A stretch of 64,000 bases of DNA, from NCBI GenBank assembly GCA_963696295.1, contig CAVOJR010000001.1:384001-448000 (forward strand), given 5' to 3'. This DNA is from an uncultured Chlamydiae bacterium. Its GTDB lineage: Bacteria > Chlamydiota > Chlamydiia > Chlamydiales > JAJFMB01. Positions 58,790-64,000 of this stretch are shown piece by piece; the first letter of the stretch is position 1; every line of letters starts with the position of its first letter. The position numbers were made by a program, and so were the translations under genes. The notes beneath the pieces were generated by a model. The model saw nothing but the letters and a program-made list of their open reading frames with translations, made no database searches and had not been told where the DNA came from.

Positions 58790-59598
58790 AAAATAAGTGG
58801 ACTTACAATCAATATGCCCTGTTCAGAATCATCTTCGGACTCTATTTGATGATCCATTTTATCAACTTACTGCCTTGGGGAAGCGAGTTGTTCTCAAACC
58901 AGGGAATGCTCCCGGAAGCCTCTTTAAGCCCCTTATATAATTTATTTCCAAGCCTTTTACTCATCAACGACTCTCCCCTTGCCGTGACTGCTTTCATTGT
59001 AATGGGGATCGCAGGCAGCGCTTGCCTGATGTTGGGAAAATGGGATCGTTATGCCGCCCTATTGAATTGGTATATCCTCACTTCGCTTTTCGATCGCAAC
59101 CCGCTCATTGCCAATCCTAGCCTCCCCTATATAGGATGGCTGTTGATTGCTCACGCCTGCTTACCGCGGAACCGAGGGGATGAGTGGAGAATGCCTCCCG
59201 GCATATTTTTTGCCGCCTGGCTGGCAATGGCCCTGGGATATTCCTACAGCGGATATGCCAAACTGACCAGCCCCTCTTGGGTGGATGGCAGCGCATTTCA
59301 TTATGTCCTGACAAATCCTCTTGCCAGATCCAATCTGCTGACAACCTATCTCTTGCACTTGCCGGAAACAGCTATCAAATGTTTGACCTGGGGCGCGCTT
59401 GCCGCAGAGCTGCTGTTTGCGCCCTTAGCCCTAGTTTCGCGCGCCAGGCCGTGGATCTGGCTGACGCTTTTTGGAATGCACGCGGGCTTGCTTTTCATCC
59501 TGAGATTTGCCGACCTGACTTTCGGGATGATTATTTTGCATCTCTTCACATTTGATCCCGGCTGGATAAAGCCCAAAGCCCAAAAAGGTTTTTTATGA
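58786..59598 (+). CDS. HTTM-domain membrane protein (vitamin K-dependent carboxylase-like)
   Basis: FRIIFGLYL, RNPLIANP, YSYSGYAKL.SPSWVDG, FGMHAG. Confidence 0.8.
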   Translation: MKNKWTYNQYALFRIIFGLYLMIHFINLLPWGSELFSNQGMLPEASLSPLYNLFPSLLLINDSPLAVTAFIVMGIAGSACLMLGKWDRYAALLNWYILTSLFDRNPLIANPSLPYIGWLLIAHACLPRNRGDEWRMPPGIFFAAWLAMALGYSYSGYAKLTSPSWVDGSAFHYVLTNPLARSNLLTTYLLHLPETAIKCLTWGALAAELLFAPLALVSRARPWIWLTLFGMHAGLLFILRFADLTFGMIILHLFTFDPGWIKPKAQKGFL

Positions 59599-59779
59599 TA
59601 GCTCCTCAAGCTTATGCCGCGCCTTTGTTCTAGGCCGTTTTCGCCCCTCTCCAGGATCCGGACGGGGCCATTGTCGTTTCCGGCGCCGCGCTGTTTCAGG
59701 GAGATGCCATTGTTTGCGTTTTAGAATTCTTCGGGGGAATCTGGAAATGCGCAGCAAAATTTCATTCAGAAATTCAATA
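59585..59779 (+). pseudogene. Degraded DCC1/DUF393 thiol-disulfide oxidoreductase domain
   Basis: VFYDSSSSLCRAFV, then shifted FAPLQDPDGAIVV...DAIVCVLEFFGGIWK. Confidence 0.65.
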
Positions 59780-59884
59780 ACACGCTTGCTTTTAACCTAT
59801 TCACAATGATAGCTGCTGGCATAATAATGCAAAAGGGGCAAATCCGAAGATAAATCTTTGAAGAGCCTTGCTTCTCCCGGGCTG

Positions 59885-59964
59885 AAGGATAGGAAATTCA
59901 AGAGTGGTCTGGTCTGCGAACTTAAGGGAATGCAGACCAGACCACTCTTGAATTTCCTATCCTT
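59885..59964. repeat. Palindromic element, copy 2 (33-bp perfect arms, 14-nt loop)
   Basis: Same 27-bp core arms as 29978-30044; loop resembles the reverse complement of the copy 1 loop. Confidence 0.95.
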
Positions 59965-60069
59965 AAAGATCCGCTCCAGTTATTATTCCGGTAATTTTTC
60001 TATGGATAACTTTTGCAGCGTGGCGTTTGGTTGCTTATTTGAGGATTTTCAACCCTTTTGCCTGTCGTT

Positions 60070-60198
60070 CTACACCTTCTAGAGTCCCCGGTCGGGCAGG
60101 CGGCTATGCAGGGGTAATCCTCGCAGCGCCCTTTTCAGGGTAAATAACCGGATATCTTTTTTGCAGGTCGTCCACTATAATGACGTTGACCGGGCAGG
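60070..60198 (-). pseudogene. Displaced, diverged copy of the ferredoxin gene 3' end
   Basis: Aligns to 60732-60871; encodes CPVNVIIVDDLQKRYPVIY.../RCEDYPCIAACPTG with indels. Confidence 0.9.
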
Positions 60199-60292
60199 GT
60201 TTGGGTATAATGGCTCAAATATACTTTTTATATTGTTTTTTTATGCTATATGCAATATAAAATGTGCTTTCAAATATAATTGAGGAGATAAT

Positions 60293-60727
60293 ATGACGAC
60301 TAATACTGTAACTTACCCGCGAATGGAATTTTTGGAAACCTGCCATCAGTGCGACGCTTGTCTGGTAAAGGATACTTCTTTACTGGTAACCGGCGAAAAC
60401 AACAAAGTTCTTGCCACTGTGAATAAACTCATGGCCTGCGGCCGGTGCTTAATCACTCAGTATTGTTCCACGGAATGTCAAAAAGCCCATTGGGCTGAGC
60501 ACAAAAAACTGTGCCATCTCCCACCAAGTACAAGAACCAAAGAAGAATATAGGAGCTGCATCAACGCTTCCATTCAAAAGACTGAAAGGGTCGACATCCC
60601 TCACTGTTACGGTAAAGCTCAGGCGGGTTTTAGTTTCGCTGCGGTGGCATACGTCGACTTTGCAGGCACTAGAATTGTCCACACCAGAACTTATGTGAGA
60701 GCTTGGGTGCAGCCTGCCCAAAAATAG
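60293..60727 (+). CDS. MYND zinc finger protein
   Basis: CDAC...CGRC...YCSTECQKAHWAEHKKLC; GAGGAG RBS. Confidence 0.9.
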   Translation: MTTNTVTYPRMEFLETCHQCDACLVKDTSLLVTGENNKVLATVNKLMACGRCLITQYCSTECQKAHWAEHKKLCHLPPSTRTKEEYRSCINASIQKTERVDIPHCYGKAQAGFSFAAVAYVDFAGTRIVHTRTYVRAWVQPAQK

Positions 60728-60731
60728 AAAC

Positions 60732-61049
60732 TCAGACTTTGGAGAGGGCCCCGGTCGGGCAGGCGGCTATGCAGGGATAATCCTCGCAGCGGATGCAAGG
60801 GGCCTTTTCAGGGTAAATAACCGGATATCTTTTTTGCAGGTCGTCGACCATAATGACGTTGACCGGACAGGCAATCATGCAGGCGTCGCAGCCGGTGCAG
60901 GTTTGCTGAAACCGGGCATCGTCCGCCAGCGCCCCGGGAGGCCTCTCCCGCTTATCGGCTAATTTCTCCAAGGAGTCCAGCAGGGGATGGGTTTTCATCC
61001 AGTCAAAACCCAAATGGAAGAGCTCTTTAAAAAAATCGCGCCGGTTCAA
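60732..61049 (-). CDS. NapF-like 4Fe-4S ferredoxin
   Basis: MNRRDFF, RPPGA, CTGCDACMIACP, CIRCEDYPCIAACPTGAL. Confidence 0.88.
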   Translation of the reverse strand: MNRRDFFKELFHLGFDWMKTHPLLDSLEKLADKRERPPGALADDARFQQTCTGCDACMIACPVNVIMVDDLQKRYPVIYPEKAPCIRCEDYPCIAACPTGALSKV

Positions 61050-61291
61050 TGCAGTAAACTTTTTACAAGGTTAAAACCGTTCGGGGTGAGATAAATATCA
61101 TCCCCCTCTTTTTTTATAAAATTGGTTTTCAGCAGCTGATTGCAGATAGAATCGACCACGCGCGTGTGCACATTGGAGGCATGCCCTATCTCATAGCGGT
61201 CGACGGGAGTGTCGTAACTGCCCTTTCGACTCGCAGCCTCAAACAATCTTATTAAAAAGCGTTCCTCTTTAGTCCTTTCACCCCGGCTCAT
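61046..61291 (-). CDS. Small hypothetical winged-helix-like protein
   Basis: ATGA overlaps on both sides; FIKKEGDDIYLTPNG wing-like end. Confidence 0.7.
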   Translation of the reverse strand: MSRGERTKEERFLIRLFEAASRKGSYDTPVDRYEIGHASNVHTRVVDSICNQLLKTNFIKKEGDDIYLTPNGFNLVKSLLH

Positions 61292-62715
61292 TGGATAGCT
61301 TTCACTTTAGAGCCCTGTGGAGTATCCTCCAGCACGAATCCTTTGCTTGTGATAAATTCCCTAAGCTCATCAGCGAGGGACCAGTTCTTGTCTTTTCGCG
61401 CCTGCAGCCTTCTCTCAACGGCTTCATAAATCTCTTGCGGGATCTCGTCTTTGCGCGGTTCAAACGACATAACGCCCAGCACGGAGTCAAAGCGCTTCAG
61501 GCAGTTCAACACCTCCACAGCCTCGCCGGAGCTCAATTTCTTCATATCGCAAAGGGCGTTGACTTCGCGAAGAAGGTCGAAAAGGGCCGCCAGGGCCACT
61601 GAAACGTTCAAATCGTCCGCTAAGGCCTCGGTGAAATGGGTGAGGGCTTTATCTAATATCGGCTGCACCGCATTGCCAGGCTGCTGCTGATTGATTTCCA
61701 GCAGTCTTTGTATAAACTCATTCAAACGGTGCAACGTCGATTTGGCCGCTTCCAGACCGTCTACAGTGAAATTCAGCTGGGTTTTGTAATGGGTTTGCAT
61801 CAGCATGTAGCGGATCTGAATGCCGGTCCATCCTTTATTCAACAAATCGCGCAAAGTGAAAAAATTGCCAAGGCTCTTGGACATCTTTTTATTGTCCACA
61901 ATGAGGTGTTCGGTGTGCATCCAATACCTGACAAAACGCTCTCCGGTATACGCCTCGGATTGAGCGATCTCATTTTCATGATGGGGAAAAATATTGTCCA
62001 CGCCGCCCGCGTGCAGATCGATCGAGTGGCCGAGCAGCTTCAAGGCCATCACAGAGCACTCCAGATGCCATCCGGGGCGCCCGGGACCAAATGGGCTTTC
62101 CCAAAAAATCCCCCCATCCCGCTCCTTGTCATACGCTTTCCATAAAACAAAATCAGCGACATGATCCTTCTCATACTCATCAGAGGCTACCCGTTCCGAA
62201 GCCCCGGCCTGCAGCTCGCCCAAATGAAGGTGGGAAAGGCAGCCGTACCTTGGAAATTTGTGGATGGAATAGTAGACGCTATTGTCCTTTCCCACATACG
62301 CGAGCCCCTTTTTGACCAGATCCTGAATCACGACAATCATTTCGTCAATGTAATCTGTAGCGGCCGGATAGAATTCCACGGGCTCGATATTGAGCGTCTT
62401 GATATCGTCAAAAAAAGCGTCCTTATAGATTTTTGTAAAATCATTGAGGCTCATTTCTTTTGCAATCGCCCCTTTGATCGTCTTGTCATCGACGTCGGTG
62501 AGATTCATCACCTGCGTCACTTGATACCCAAAAAACTTTAAAGTGCGGCGAAGTACATCTTCGAAAACATAGGCGCGGAAATTGCCGATATGGGCGAAAT
62601 TGTAAACCGTGGGTCCGCATGTGTACATCTTAACATGCTTAGGATCAATCGGTTTAAAGACTTCTTTAGCTCGGGTTTCAGTATTGTAAAACTTGAGTTG
62701 GCAGCTTGTTTTCAT
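61288..62715 (-). CDS. cysS: Cysteine--tRNA ligase
   Basis: CGPTVY, HIGN, GRPGWHLEC, FPHHENE, KMSKS. Confidence 0.98.
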   Translation of the reverse strand: MKTSCQLKFYNTETRAKEVFKPIDPKHVKMYTCGPTVYNFAHIGNFRAYVFEDVLRRTLKFFGYQVTQVMNLTDVDDKTIKGAIAKEMSLNDFTKIYKDAFFDDIKTLNIEPVEFYPAATDYIDEMIVVIQDLVKKGLAYVGKDNSVYYSIHKFPRYGCLSHLHLGELQAGASERVASDEYEKDHVADFVLWKAYDKERDGGIFWESPFGPGRPGWHLECSVMALKLLGHSIDLHAGGVDNIFPHHENEIAQSEAYTGERFVRYWMHTEHLIVDNKKMSKSLGNFFTLRDLLNKGWTGIQIRYMLMQTHYKTQLNFTVDGLEAAKSTLHRLNEFIQRLLEINQQQPGNAVQPILDKALTHFTEALADDLNVSVALAALFDLLREVNALCDMKKLSSGEAVEVLNCLKRFDSVLGVMSFEPRKDEIPQEIYEAVERRLQARKDKNWSLADELREFITSKGFVLEDTPQGSKVKAIQ

Positions 62716-62976
62716 TGAGACCTTTCTTCGTGTTAACAGGTCCAGTTTAAAACAGACCTTGAAAATGCGCAAGAAATTCCGAACCTAAAATTTAAATTTT
62801 TAATTTTCCTGTTTTGCATCTCACCTATTTTGTGCGTTTTACGAAAATTTATCGCATAAATGAAATTTTAATTTACACAAAATACCAAAAAATGTTTTAC
62901 TTTTGATTTCTGCAAAGCCATTCTGGGCACAGCTTGAAGATGATTTTAAATAAAATAATATATTGAGGAAGCAGTC

Positions 62977-63567
62977 ATGACAATCCCAAATACCAATGAA
63001 CAGGATATCATTCTAAATCTGATGACAAGACCTTTTGAGTCATTATCTATGCCGCAAAGCCGCCTGTGCGGGCTTTTTGTCTTTATCGACCATTTGATGA
63101 GCAAGCATCAAAAAGCTCCCTGCCGCGAAAAGCAGTTAAAAATAATCGACACTCTGCTCCAAAGCGGTCCGCGCATGCATGTAGCCATACATCATCCCAA
63201 AAATGAGGATATTCAAACATTTTTGCAAAAGATGATCAAAAGCGCCGATCAAATCGAAGAAGATCCCGCCACGCATCAACCCCTTATTCAAAAATGCGCA
63301 AAAAGGTTCAAGGAAGCCTTTCAAGCCTTTTTCAGCCTGATCAAAAACAAAATTGCTAAGACACAGGGTACGCTTCAGGATTTATGGAAACAGCTCGACA
63401 CGCAAAATGAAATTCGCCTCTTTGCCAGCACCTTTGTCAATAGCCTGGTTAATTTCACCTATCTGTTTTATCAGGAAACCATCGGCCGTTTGCTCAAATT
63501 AAACCCTATCCAGGTTGAAGGACGTCTGCATCACGCTCAATGCCTCTGCGCCAAAGCGATCATGTAA
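62977..63567 (+). CDS. Hypothetical protein
   Basis: 196-aa ORF with GAGG RBS, divergent from cysS. Confidence 0.65.
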   Translation: MTIPNTNEQDIILNLMTRPFESLSMPQSRLCGLFVFIDHLMSKHQKAPCREKQLKIIDTLLQSGPRMHVAIHHPKNEDIQTFLQKMIKSADQIEEDPATHQPLIQKCAKRFKEAFQAFFSLIKNKIAKTQGTLQDLWKQLDTQNEIRLFASTFVNSLVNFTYLFYQETIGRLLKLNPIQVEGRLHHAQCLCAKAIM

Positions 63568-64000
63568 ATTTTTTTGTCGGATACCCCGGAATTTTTTGGG
63601 GTATCTGAATTATCGCCTCGTAAATTCGCTCCAATTGCTCATCGGTGATGCAATAGGGAGGTATCAAATAGAGCACATTGCCAAGGGGCCTGATCAACAC
63701 GCCCCGCTCCAAAAAATAACCCCTTAGATCAAAATTATCAGCGGCTTCCATGGCGACAATGGTTCCGCATACGCGAACCTTTTGAAACTGAGCTGTCAGG
63801 GCCTCCAGATAGGGCTGATGCCTTTTTTCCATTCCTTTAAAGCAGGCAGGATCTTTCTCTAAAAGATCCATCGTCGCTATGGCGGCGGCGCATCCCAAAG
63901 GATTAGCCGTGTAGGAGTGGCCATGATAAAACGTGCGGGCGGCGTTATCACTGCAAAAAGCCTCATAAATCTCATCGGTGCAGACAGTCGCAGCCAGGGG
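63560..64000 (-). CDS. bioA: 7,8-diaminononanoate aminotransferase, 3' part (runs off the window)
   Basis: FYHGHSYTANPLGCAAA, RVCGTIVA, GVLIRPLGNVLYLIPPY. Confidence 0.9.
   Translation of the reverse strand, partial: PLAATVCTDEIYEAFCSDNAARTFYHGHSYTANPLGCAAAIATMDLLEKDPACFKGMEKRHQPYLEALTAQFQKVRVCGTIVAMEAADNFDLRGYFLERGVLIRPLGNVLYLIPPYCITDEQLERIYEAIIQIPQKIPGYPTKKFT

Overview
Bacterial chromosomal window, almost certainly from an environmental Chlamydiae (Parachlamydiaceae-like) genome. This is inferred from the pepF-groES-groEL and priA-lysS...cysS gene order and the many eukaryote-like proteins. Core genes are pepF, CIRCE-regulated groES/groEL (five apparent frameshifts), tRNA-Asn(GTT), mutS, priA, lysS, cysS and the 3' part of bioA. 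A seven-gene aromatic amino-acid operon (DAHP synthase-pheA-CM/tyrA-aroA-aroK-aroC-aroB) is preceded by a complete Phe-sensing leader-peptide attenuator that is missing from the ORF track. Accessory content includes two AvrB-like (Fido-fold) paralogs, RING-H2, U-box and MYND proteins, a Hanks-type kinase, an Inc-like protein, and an SDR-fold protein with a mitochondrial-presequence-like N-terminus. There are also several toxin-antitoxin relics, a decayed mobile-element remnant, and two copies of a long palindromic element, each next to a zinc-finger gene bracketed by direct repeats. All family assignments are by motif recognition; no database search was run.
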